DNA of 64,000 bases from the human T2T-CHM13v2.0 reference genome, Homo sapiens. Every line of letters begins with the position of its first letter. Within the stretch, counting starts at the first letter, position 1. Location: the NCBI RefSeq assembly GCF_009914755.1, contig NC_060932.1; one strand, given 5' to 3'. A model generated the notes under the pieces. It made no database searches. It was not told where the DNA came from and worked only from the letters and a program-made list of their open reading frames with translations. Both the position numbers and the translations under genes were made by a program. This document shows positions 13,057-25,587 of this stretch, in pieces.

Positions 13057-13398
13057 TTACAAAGTTATTTATAGGGATGGTGTGTCTTCCAGGGGAGGTA
13101 CTTCTAGGAATTATGCCTGCATCCTTGAAAAAGGAAACCGTGGTTTTTTCCAGTGTGTGAACTGGATACTGAGTATCTTACTCTTTTTTTTTTTTTTTTT
13201 TTTTTGACTCCAAGAAACCTCTTGCATGAATACCCTACTCTTGAATACTTTGCATCTTGGGATACTTACTACATGTTCTTAGACAGAAGGACAGGGCATT
13301 AAGAAGGGAGTGACTTTCTAGCATGCTCCCAAGCCAGTTTGGCAGAACTTAGTTTTGAAATCACATGTGTCAAGTTAGGTCCCAATATGATTATAATG

Positions 13399-13648
13399 TG
13401 AATCACTGTCCAATTGGGAATATTTCAGATTGGTTTTCAGTGCACCACCAGGTGACTCACAATGTGAGCTTCTATTCAAACAAGTACAGTGTCAGTCAGC
13501 AACTAATAGGGCTCACTCTGAGTCAGAGCTTAGCATTTAGTACAATAAGTGGGAGTCACTGACTACACGGCACCATCTGAGATGGTCCCTGAATGTTACT
13601 TTGCGCAGCTAGCTCAAGAGTTAAGGCGACGCTGCTTGGAGTGAGTCA
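13399..13648. promoter_or_regulatory. Putative AP-1 enhancer (motif cluster)
   Basis: TGACTCA at 13453, TGAGTCA at 13519 and 13642, TGAATCA at 13399, in non-repeat DNA. Confidence 0.45.
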
Positions 13649-14354
13649 GTTCATAGTACAATTGAATGGGCTCTTGGAGAGGCCATTCACAATCAAGTTT
13701 GATGTGGCTGAGTGCTCAGAGTAATATTACATGATTATAAATTCATGGAGTAGATTACCTTGATTCTAATCCAGCTGATTAGAGTCTAGCTATTTGCATA
13801 GGGAATCACTTGTGAAATATGAGTAATATGCTCTGTTGCCCAGCAGTGATATTTTACATGAGTTATTTCAATAGTTATTAAAGCCAGTTGACCTTTTTGA
13901 TTTTGAAAGCTCAATTTCTAGTTACGCATTTATTTTATTCTAAAGTGTAAAATCCTTTTCATGTGAGCATTTGGGTTTTAGGCAAAGGCATCTCATGCAA
14001 AGTTATCTGATAGCTTGGCTTCCTGAGGTGCTGGGTTGTACGATGTGCACCTCCGTCCAACAGTGAAGGAGTGGAGAACGCCCTGCTATCTGGTTTGTCT
14101 ACATTTGTGCCCCTCTGAAGCTGACTGAATTGTGGTTGTTCAAGGCTGGAGCACAAGTTTGTACTGCTGCTCTTAGACTAAGGACACTGGGGACTTTAAC
14201 CCTTTTAGGGCTGAATGGCTAGAATCAACACTTATACAGCTGTTGAATTTTTGCAACATTGGAAAGAATTATGTAACCTACTCCTTACCTCACCCTTATA
14301 ATGGACTTTTATGTCTCAGGGTGGGGTGATAATGTGATTTAAGGGACTCGTAGA

Positions 14355-14990
14355 TTTCTTTCTTTCTTTCTTTTCATGTCTTTTATTAACTAATACACAA
14401 TTACTTGTCTTCTGGTTTGTTGAAGCAATAAATCAGACAACATTAGCCACAATAATGCCTGTCAGAGTGGCTGGCCATAAAAACTCCAGCACCGCATTCA
14501 TCTGAAGGGCACTCCCAGCGAAGGCCACTAATTCTGCCATTTTCATCCACCTTATAGTATTTCAGGACACCCACTTCACCTTCTTTCTCTTATGCTTATT
14601 CTTGGGAGTCGTGTAAGATTTCTTCCTAGTTTTAGCACTACCATGAAGTCTCAACACAACATAAAAAGAGTAAATTCCTTTTGAATGTTGTAGTCAGAGA
14701 AAGTTATGTCCATCTTCCAGTTACTTGCCAGCTTCCAGTCACTTGTCTTTGCTGATCAGGAGGAATTCGTTCCTTATCCTGGATATTGGCCTTTACATTT
14801 TTCTGTTGTATCCAAGGGTTCAACCTCTAGGGTGATGATCGTCCCTGTAAGGATTTTTGGAAAAATCTGCATTTTGGTGGAGGCTCCACCTGAGGTTGAG
14901 GGAAATGAAGAGATGGGTTAGACTGTGGACACAAGAGAGGTGACACAGGAGAGGGTGCTGGCCAGAGAGCAGCCCAAGAGCACACGCCCA
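14355..14990 (-). pseudogene. RPS27A (ubiquitin-eS31 fusion) retropseudogene
   Basis: Minus-strand ATG at 14872 (MQIF..LTG.IITLEVEP) to TAA at 14401 (..CFNKPEDK*); no coding introns; AATAAA at 14382-14387; decayed poly(A); TSD tagatttctt at 14351-14360 and 14991-15000; frameshifts, in-frame stop and ubiquitin C-terminal GG changed to GS. Confidence 0.95.
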
Positions 14991-15087
14991 TAGATTTCTT
15001 AATTTGTATAAAAGTCATGTTGATAATTAATGACAGGAAGTCATTATCCAGAGAACTCAGATTAGACTACTGTTAAAAAGTACATGT

Positions 15088-15382
15088 GGCCAGGCGTGGT
15101 GGCTCACGCCTGTAATTCCCACACTTTAGGAGGCCAAGACGGGTGGATCACTTGAGCCCAGGAGTTCCAGACCAGCCTGGGCAACATAGTGAAACCCCGT
15201 CTCTTTAAAAAATGCAAAAAATTAGCTGGGTGTGGTGGTGCACACCTGTAGTCCCAGCTACTTGGGAGGCTGAGGCTGGAGAATCACCTGAGCCTGGGGA
15301 CACTGAGGTTGCAGTGGGCCATGATCTTGCCTCTGCCCTCCAGCCTGGGCAACAGAGTGAGACCCTGACTTAAAAAAAAAAA
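15088..15382 (+). mobile_element. AluJ
   Basis: Full dimer with gagcccaggagtt diagnostic. Confidence 0.85.
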
Positions 15383-15744
15383 AGGTATATGTATATTTTT
15401 CTCTATTCATCTTTTGATGACTCCAGAAGAATCTTACATGTATGGGGTCTTCCATTATACATTCATTGTGTTTTTACAAATACTTATTTCTAGTGACTAC
15501 CCAGATATAATTCATATATCTCCTGCCATAAAGAAAGGTATAGATATTTCTTTGCATTTAAGGGGGACTTTACATACAGAGTTTAATTCTTCCTGACCTA
15601 CTATAATCCCCGCAAATTTCAGTTGTTAGGACTGTTTAATGAATTAGAGTATTTCTAAAACTGAAACAAAGTTTTTCTGTGTTTGTTAGGTTTCAGTGAG
15701 GAGCTATTTGGTATTTTTGTGAGGTTTATGACAGCTTTTAACTT

Positions 15745-16804
15745 CATTTACTTGAGTTATAACTTACAGTAAAGTTTACACATCTTAAGAGTACAGCTTA
15801 GTAAACTTTATGTAAGTGTACCCCCACAGAACCACCATTTAGATCAGGGTTTCTCACCTCAGCACTGTGGAAATTTGGGGTTGAACAACTCCTTATTGAG
15901 GGGGGCTGTCCATTGCCCTGTAGGATGTTTAGCAGTATCCCTGATCTCCACCCACTGCATGATGCAGTAGCGCCCCTCCCTGGATGCCATGACCAAAAAT
16001 GTCTCTAGACATTGCCAAGCGTCCTCTGGGGCCAAAATCACTCACCACGGCTCTAGATGAAGATATAGGATATTTTCAGCCCCCCGTGCTCTCCCAAAGA
16101 TTCCGTCTCGCTTCCTTCCATTCAGGACTCACTCCCACAGGTAACCACTTTTATAACTTTTTTCACCATATACCAATTGTGCCTGCTTTTAAACTTCATA
16201 TGTAATTAAACAGTGTATAATATTTGCATCTGGTTCTTTAGCTCAGCATTATGTTTTTGAGATTCATTTGTTGTTGTACGTGTTGTTATTTTTTAATGCT
16301 GTGCAGCGTTCCTTTGTGTGAATACACCACAGTGTATTCCATTCCACTACTGAAGAAATTTTAGTTGTTTCCAGTGTGGAGCTATTATGAATAATGCTAA
16401 TATGAACATTCTCATTCATGTCTTTTGATGAACTTATTTCCTTTGGGTATATGCCCAGGATAAAAATTGTTGGGTAATAAGTCCAGTGTATGTTTAGCTT
16501 TAGTAGATACTGCAAAACTGTTTCATAGTCCAAATCAGTTTACATCCATCCCCACCAGCAAAGTGTGTATTGCTTCACATCCTCACCAGTACTTAGTATT
16601 GTTTGCCCATTTAACTTTAGTCATTCTGGTGGCTGTGTAGTGGTATCTCATTATGGTTTTAATTTGTATTTCCCTGGCTACTAATGATGTTAAGCATCTT
16701 CTTATATGTTTTTGGGTCAAGTCATTTGTATATTTTCTATTTAAAATGCCTCTACAAGCCTTTGGCCCATTTTTCTTTTTCTTTCTTTCTTTCTCTCTCT
16801 CTCT

Positions 16805-16843
<39 letters not shown>

Positions 16844-17111
16844 AGACAGGGTCTCACCCTGTTGCCCAGGCTGGAAGGCAGTGGCACAATTAGCCGTGAA
16901 GCTGAGACTATAGGTGTCCACCACCACACTCAACTAATTTTTTTATTTTGGATATTGGGAAGGGGTAGAGATGGGGTTTCACCATGTTGCCCAGGCTGGT
17001 CTTGAACTTCTGTTTGGCCCATTTTTCTATTGTGCCGCTGATCTTTTATTATTGTTATTATTGATCTGTCACAGTTCTTTATATATTCTGGATACAAGCC
17101 ATCTGTCAAAA

Positions 17112-17147
<36 letters not shown>

Positions 17148-17950
17148 ACGTGCTGCAAATCTCTTCTTCCAGTCTGGCCTGCCTTTACACTCTCATTCCA
17201 TTATCTTTTGACTTTCCTAGTTTCTGTTGGAAAGTTATGCTTCTTTGAAGGTAGCCTGTTGTTATCCTCATAAAGTTTTTCTCTCATTTTTGACTTACCA
17301 CAGTGAATATAATGTGCCTATATGTGGTTTTCATTTTATTTATTCTCCTTTGGGTTAACTGAGCTTCTTTTATCTGTGGATTGACGTCTTTCATCAACTT
17401 TGGAAAATTTTCACTCAATATCTCTTCAAATATGGCTTTGTCTGGTTTTCTTTCTTTCTCTCCTGCTTCTGGGACCCAAATCACAGATATGTTGGCCTTT
17501 TTCCTTCATGTCTCTTATTGTCTGATCTGTTTTGTTCATTTCGCATATCTTTCTGCTTCAATTTGAATATTTTCTGTTGACCTGTGTTTTAGTTAATTAA
17601 GCTGTCTTCCTCTGTGCCTGAGTCTTCTGTCAAATCATCTAGTGAGTTATTAATTTCAGAACTTGTTTTCTTCTAAATGTAGTATGCCAATTTGATTCAT
17701 TTTAATACATTTAAATTATCTGATGAAATTTCCCATCTTTTCATCAGTTTAGTCCATCTAATTCTTATCTACTAAATCCAATGAGATCATCTGTGTGCCT
17801 GTATCCATTTTTTTATTCATCACATTTTTATCTCTCTTCACATATCTAGTAATTTTTATTATATGTAGACATTGTATATAAAGAAACTGTGTAGGTTCTG
17901 GTAATTTCTTCCACCAGCAAGGATTGAATCTCCCTTGGAGGGATTTCCTG
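15745..17950 (-). mobile_element. Fragmented old L1M, interrupted by MER20, an Alu fragment (about 16770-17010) and (TG)n (about 17115-17146)
   Basis: Antisense L1 3' ORF2/UTR text (tagtggtatctcattatggttttaatttgtatttccctg) and ORF1-like text near 17300-17480. Confidence 0.65.
15845..16053. mobile_element. MER20 (hAT-Charlie)
   Basis: cagggtttctcacctcagcactgtgga...gtaggatgtttagcagtatccctg...aaaaatgtctctagacattgcca. Confidence 0.85.
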
Positions 17951-18029
17951 TCTAAGGATGAAGGACTGAAGGGCTGATCACTTCAGGCCAGCAGGTATTA
18001 GAATGGGTCAGATCTGGTAACAGTTTTGG

Positions 18030-18238
18030 GGGTTTTTTTGTTTTGACATGGAATCTCCCTCTGTCACCCCTAGAATGGAGTACATTGGCACCATTATAAC
18101 CTAGAATTCCTGGGCTCAAGCAGTCCTCCCACTTCAACCTCCTGAGTAGCTGGGATTACAGGCACTTGCCAATTCACCTGACCATTTTTTACAAATGTTT
18201 TGTAGAGATGGGGTCTCGCTATGTTACCCAGACTGGTG
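18030..18238 (-). mobile_element. AluJ, partial
   Basis: Diverged antisense Alu. Confidence 0.75.
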
Positions 18239-18700
18239 GCTGCAGTTTTAATAAGATTTAGCTAATGCCCAGTTCTTTCTTGTTCCTTGGGAATTTTCTC
18301 TTGGATTCCAGAATGAAAGCCTGATGGACTTCTATCTCCTTGGTCTCAAAAGAATGGAAGACTCAGTCTTGCCTTCAGAGGTTTTAAGTTTGTTCTTTGC
18401 CTCCACCTTCCCCATATGGCCGCCACATTTGATAAATGTCTTGTAGGACCCAGCCATGTGTTTGAGGAAGTCCTTGTTACTGAAGGGGACTTGTTCTGCC
18501 ACATGAGAAAAGAGTCCCTTTATGTCCACAGCTTGTGCTAACGGTCAGCAAAAGCCCTCAGGAAAAAAACAGCTAGTGACAGACAGCTCAGCTTGGAAGA
18601 ACTCTCTTACTCAGAAATTTTAGTTTATATAATATTTTTGCTTTCACAGTTCTCTGATGACTTTAGAAATGTAATTTCACTTATTTATCTGAGTTTTTTA

Positions 18701-19018
<318 letters not shown>

Positions 19019-19268
19019 GTGATCTGCCTTGACCTATTGACATTTTTCTTGAATTAATTTTCTGTGTATTACATTGTTATCTTTCTTTTATATCATTTGT
19101 TTCCAATGTAATTCAGAAAATGTGTATTTAAAAATTTGCCATTTGTGAGTGTAAAATGTAATACATGTTTTGTCAGTTTGAAAACACTGGAAAGAAAAGA
19201 AGTATGTTATAATTTTTGCAACTTTTTTTTTTTGGTCAGTCCCTTCATCTAGGCAGCCTAGGCCCAGA

Positions 19269-19910
19269 TTTTTTTTTAAATTATTATTATTATTACACTT
19301 TAAGTTTTAGGGTACATGTGCACAATGTGCAGGTTAGTTACATATGTATACATGTGCCATGCTGGTGTGCTGCACCCATTAACTCGTCATTTAGCATTAG
19401 GTATATCTCCTAATGCTATCCCTCCCCTCTCCCCACACCCCACAACAGTCCCCGGAGTGTGATGTTCCCCTTCCTGTGTCCATGTGTTCTCATTGTTCAG
19501 TTCCCACCTATGAGTGAGAACATGCGGTGTTTGGTTTTTTGTCCTTGTGATAGTTTACTGAGAATGATGATTTCCAGTTTCATCCATGTCCCTACAAAGG
19601 ACACGAACTCATCATTTTTTATGGCTGCATAGTATTCCATGGTGTATATGTGCCACATTTTCTTAATCCAGTCTATCATTGTTGGACATTTGGGTTGGTT
19701 CCAAGTCTTTGCTATTGTGAATAGTGCCGCAATAAACATACATGTGCATGTGTCTTTATAGCAGCATGATTACACTGTTGGTGGGACTGTAAACTAGTTC
19801 AACCATTGTGGAAGTCAGTGTGGCGATTCCTCAGGGATCTAGAACTAGAAATACCATTTGACCCAGCCATCCCATTATTGGGTATATACCCAAAGGACTA
19901 TAAATCATGC
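19269..19910 (-). mobile_element. Young L1PA (PA2-PA4-like) 3' end, 5'-truncated with 5' inversion
   Basis: Antisense 3'UTR/ORF2 end at 19269-19771; adjacent ORF2 segment in sense orientation at about 19770-19910. Confidence 0.9.
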
Positions 19911-22900
19911 AACTCTTTATGCTTCAGATTGCAGTTATGTAATGTAAAAAGCATGAGTATTGGAATGAAAGAGAACTAGGCTCAAACTTTGACTTTGATC
20001 ATTAGTTTTGTGAGCCTCTGAATTTGAATGTGTATAGCAGTGATAAGAATACTTGCTTTAACGTAATACATGTACAGCAGAGGGTTCAAGAGAGTATCAG
20101 TAAGTGGTACCTCTTGCCAATATTCTCCTAATATTTATCATTATTTTAAGCCCCTGACCATGTATAATTTGATTTTAAACATTTATATTTTGATATATTT
20201 CTATTTGGTACAGTTTCTAAAATTTTCACCATTTGAACAATGTTCTTTTAAAAAAACTTAATATAAAAGACCTGTACCATGACTTAATATCCAGGAAAAA
20301 TATTACTAATAAGTTTATGAATTCATATTTGGCCTAATCTTTGTCACTTGTAGACCCCCAAAAAATGACCTCCTGAAACTGAAGAATTTAGATAAAATTT
20401 AGTTGCAGAAAGAATTGCATTCAGAATAGTCACTCTCAGTAAAATCCACATTTAACTACTTCGTGTTATATCAAGTAGGGCTTATAATAAGATATTGGCA
20501 ATAAGAAAACAATATTAAAAAATATTAAGAAAAGGCTAACAGTATTTTCTGGAAAGAATAGCTGGTTGACCTTTGCAGAGGAAAGTCTATGTGGAGACTG
20601 TAATTTTAACATTATCTCCATGAATGATTTAAATATAATTAATTTTCATATTAGATTTCCTGTTGCCAAGTTGCTCTTTTATTTTGACTATGGCATTTGC
20701 TTCTTGAAAAAAAAATACTATATTAATATATAGAAATAGTTAGATTCTACTCTAAAGCTGAGATGAAAATAGTAAACCTGGAGGCGGAGTAGCAGGACTC
20801 TCCTGACCTGGGCCAGGAGGACAGCACTGATGTGTGTGTCCCCAAGGCCTTGGACTTATCTCAGTCTCACCTGTCATCTCACTCTTATTATCTCAGCCTT
20901 TAGTTCCTTACTTTGATGACAGCCAGCTTCAGTGACAGCCGGCTTTGCTCTCTGACCTCCGTATTCTGAGGACTGCTCTCCTTACCATTTGTGGGCAGAT
21001 TTAAGTCAAAGCATAAGAGTGAGGGGATCTAGTTATGCAACAACCTGAAATTTATCAAATTCTCACTAGAGCTAAGTTTTTGCCAAACACATAAGTTGCC
21101 TTCGGCCCCTTGAGTGACTGGTTAGGCAGTGCTGTTCTTTTGGCAAAATGAAATACTTATTAACAAAAACACCAGAACATCATAACCAGACCACATAGAA
21201 TAAATTTGGCTTAAAGGATGAAAGAGTACTAAGAAGTATAAAAAGGATAAAATTATGCAAAATCTAGTAAAGCGAAAAACTCACCCGAGCATGTTAAACA
21301 AATGTCATAAACTAAACAAAAGGCTTTATTTCTTTTCTTTATCTTCTAGTGATCTGTGTTCAAAATCATAAAGGCATTTATGAAAAGTATAAATACTAAC
21401 TTAGGTAGATAAAACATTTGTTAAAATCTATCAAGTCTGGTCTGATAATTAGGAGGCTACATATAGCTTATATTTTCTTAATTGAAACAGGTCCCCTATG
21501 TGCCATTTTACCCAATACGTTAGTATGGAGGTTTTTGTCCTGGGTCTCTGTGTCCAACTGCCTTGTTTTGTCTTACTGAAAGGTTATAAATGCTATGGTT
21601 CCCTGCGAAGAGTCCAAAGCGCATAACCACTGAACATTTCAAGTCTGAAATTTCTTCAATTTTAGATCTGTTTGTTCAACATATCTACTATTTGACACTT
21701 CACACCAAGGGGGAGGGAGATCTAAAATTCAGTAGATATTTTGGTGCAAACTGTAGAAAACTAAAACCTCGAGGAGCAGAGATTCTCCCATGCACATCCT
21801 AGGAACTGCAGACAAAAACATTCTGTCAGCTTAGCCCAGAGAACTGTCTTGGGAATGCTAAGGCCCTGTGGGACAACGTAATGCCCTGGAGTTTCTATTA
21901 GCCCACTCGAATCAACAGCAGACCTTCTGGGAAAAGGACTCCAGAAGACTTCACTGATGGGCCTACACAAATAATCCAAATCCATCGAATGTGGCCCATG
22001 TGCAGCTGTGGTATGAGGGGCACAGTTCTGTGGGGTGACAGATGCATCCATGCCTTGAACCACATGATCTAGATTCAAGTCTGTTTGGGGCTGACTGAAT
22101 GTCAGGCACATTAGGCAACCTCCCTGAAGCTGAGTTTTCCCTATTAATAAATGGGATCTCAAAATCTCCACAAAATCATTTCACATATTAAATGTAAGAT
22201 GTGATACATTTGCTCATGTAAACATAGGGGAAAATTGTGCAATATTTAGACCCTGATAGAGTTTGGATTTTTTCTAGTGTCAGGATTTGCCATTGAAGCC
22301 CACAGGAGGGGACTAACAGGATCTGGATTCTATTTTAAAAGAGTTAGTAAATATTTTAGGCTTGTGGGTCATTGCAATTACTCACCTCTGCTACTGTAGC
22401 AGAAAGCTGTGCGGGGAGAGGGAAGGAGGTGGATATGGGACTTATCGTAGCCATCGAGACAAGAGATGGGGCCGCCAGCCTAGGAGAAGTAGCGGGGATG
22501 CAGTGCAGGCCTGGCGTGAGTCCTGGAGATGCAGTGAGCTTGCTAATGAGTGATGCATGAGGAATCAAGGTGACTTCTTGATGTAGGTGGATGGTGGCAA
22601 CATGTGTGGCCATGGAGAAGACAGGAGGTGAAACAGAGGGGCTGGAGGAGGAGATGCAAGATTCCATGTTAGACCCTAGAGATGTCCAGGAGAGCTCCAA
22701 CTGTGGTGCCAGGCAGCTGGTTGGATCTGTGTGTATGGCACCCAGGGAATGGCCTGGGCTAGAGGCAGAAATGTGGATTCGTTAGGCTCTGATGATGTGC
22801 AGCCTGCTGTACTGTGGTACGCTAAATGATCATGAAGTTATGGTGGGAAGCCTTGAAAATAATCAGTAGGATCTTACTACTTTAGAATCTGCGCTTCCTT

Positions 22901-23021
22901 TTCTCAATTATCCATAAACAGTCTATGAAGAATTTCTGTTTATGACAGGGGTCAGCAAACAAGGCACAGGGCCACCTCCAGCCCTCTGCCTGCTTTTGTA
23001 TGCCCTGAACACTAATAATAG

Positions 23022-23384
<363 letters not shown>

Positions 23385-23387
23385 TAA

Positions 23388-23680
23388 GGCCAGACATGAT
23401 GGCTCATGCCTGTAATCCCAGCACTTTGGGAGGCCAAAGCGAGAGAATCTCTTGAGGTTGGGAGTTTGAAACCAGCCTGGGCAACAAAGCAAGACCCTGC
23501 CTCTGCAAAAAGTAAAAAATTAGCCAAGTGTGGTGGCATGAGCCTTAGTCCCTGCTACTCAGGAGGCTGATGCAGGAGGATCACTTGAGCCCAGGAGGTT
23601 GAGGCTGCAGTGGGCCATGGATTGCACCACTGCACTCCAACCTGTGTGACAGAGTGAGATGCTGTCCCCCCCAAAAAAAG
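23388..23680 (+). mobile_element. AluJ
   Basis: Full dimer; TSD agaagaata. Confidence 0.85.
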
Positions 23681-25564
23681 AAGAATATTTTGTGACACAT
23701 GAAAATTTTACAGAATTCAGATTTCAGCATTCATAAAGATTTATTGGAGCACAGCCATGCTCATTTGTTTGATGTTTGAGCTGCCTTTGTGATATAGAGG
23801 CAGAATTGAGTAGTTGCAGACAGACCAGGAGGCCTGCAAAGTGTGCAATATGTATGCTCTGGTCCCTCACTGAAAACATTTGTCTACCTCTGGACTATAG
23901 CATAAATATAAGTGTGGGGTATTACTAAGTTTTTGTAGGAAACAATCTGTATGAAAGTAAATACGAAGTTCAAGCAATGACAGTTTTAATTCTTATAGAA
24001 TAGTCTACTCTTTAAAAAAATTTCAAAAGACAGACCAGAAAACCAATTAAAGGCAATCTCCTATAGGAAATAAAATCAAAGGACCCAACTTAAGATTCCT
24101 TTGGGTATGCACTATTTCAACATTCAGCATTTTCATATTAACAGGAAAACTTAGTAGCAATTAACAAGCCCCAAAAGGACTAATGAAGAAGGACCACAGG
24201 GAAATAATATGCACAAAGGTTTTGTGGCTGAGAGAGCTCAGATGGCTTTCAGAGATTTCAAATTACTTACAGCTTGAAAGCTTTAAATAGAATAGGAGCT
24301 TGCTATTTCATACCATTATCATAGAAGAATCATCCCAGGATAAAAAATTCTAATAATGGACAAAAGACAAAGTTTGAGGAGCCAATGCTACTGTCCACGG
24401 GGGATCATAGAGAATTTTCTATGGGCAAAAGTGGAATTTGTGAAAAAAGAAATGTAGAGGGAAAATTTGCCCAGACATTCCTGTAAGAAGTAGAGAAAGC
24501 TAGTTAGTCACTTATAAACACATCTTTTGTACATTTTTATCCTTAATTTGCATGTACGTTGACACATTCCATAACCCATCTGCTGTAATTGATGGAGAGG
24601 AACTTCTTCAGCAAATATTCATCCAGGCCTAATGTCTGTTAAGATTTGTGCCCAGCACAAGCAGACTGGGCTAGGGCTGCCCTGGCAGACTGGACCAGAC
24701 TAGAGGTGGATTCCTGCAGCACTGGGTAAGGCCCTGCTCTCACTTGTGGTCAAACTTGGATGCCCTGTCCATAAGAGTTTCCTTAGTTCCAGCTAATAAT
24801 TTAGGGGCAATGGTAGGAAGCATCAGTAGAAATGTTATTCATTAAAGACAGTTCAAATAAAAATGAATGTTACTTTTAAGGAACTTATCTTTTACTAAGC
24901 ATACTTTATAATATCCATATAGTAACCACAATACATTTGTCATACCCAACAAAATTAACAGTAAGCAATTCACATCATCTAATGTGTAACCATAGTACAT
25001 TCTTTCTTATTAGCCTCTTTACTAATCTTCCTCATCATCCATCTTCTTTTTCATACGCCAACTTGAAGAAATTGGACCTGCTGCCCCGTCGATTGTCCCA
25101 CATTGAATTCATTTGCTGCTTTCTCAAGTTGCTAACTTGTTCCTGTATTCCCTAAATTTCTGCAAACTAGAGGTTAGACTCAAAGGCTCAAATAAATTCC
25201 TGTTGCATCACATCAGAGGGACACAATGTCTGCAAAATTGGCTCGCTTTTAGTTATGGAAAGGACATTATTTCTAAAAGCTTGGTAGGTCAGTCCAAATT
25301 ATACAGAGCGGCTGATAGGTCCAAGGCATGTGGGGCACACACTGCAAAGGCAACAGGTGCTACTCTTACTACAGCTGCCTTCTGCTTGCTGAAAGAGCTT
25401 GAGTGTCCACTCCGGGCCATACTTTGGGAGCTCTGTTCCTCAGCAGGGCTGGAATGCCTCCTTGATGGCTGTGGGGCTGGATCCCACCCGCTCGCCTTGC
25501 ACCACCAGGAGCTGCTGCTCTGCCTCCCCCTGGCTATAATTCCCTGCCTGACTTGAGGAGTGGT

Positions 25565-25587
25565 GGTGATGATGATGATGATGATGA
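25565..25587. repeat. (GAT)n short trinucleotide repeat
   Basis: Seen directly. Confidence 0.9.

Noticed and set aside
14401-14872. Functional ubiquitin-ribosomal fusion gene
   Set aside because: Frameshifts, an in-frame stop in the zinc finger and loss of the ubiquitin C-terminal GG.
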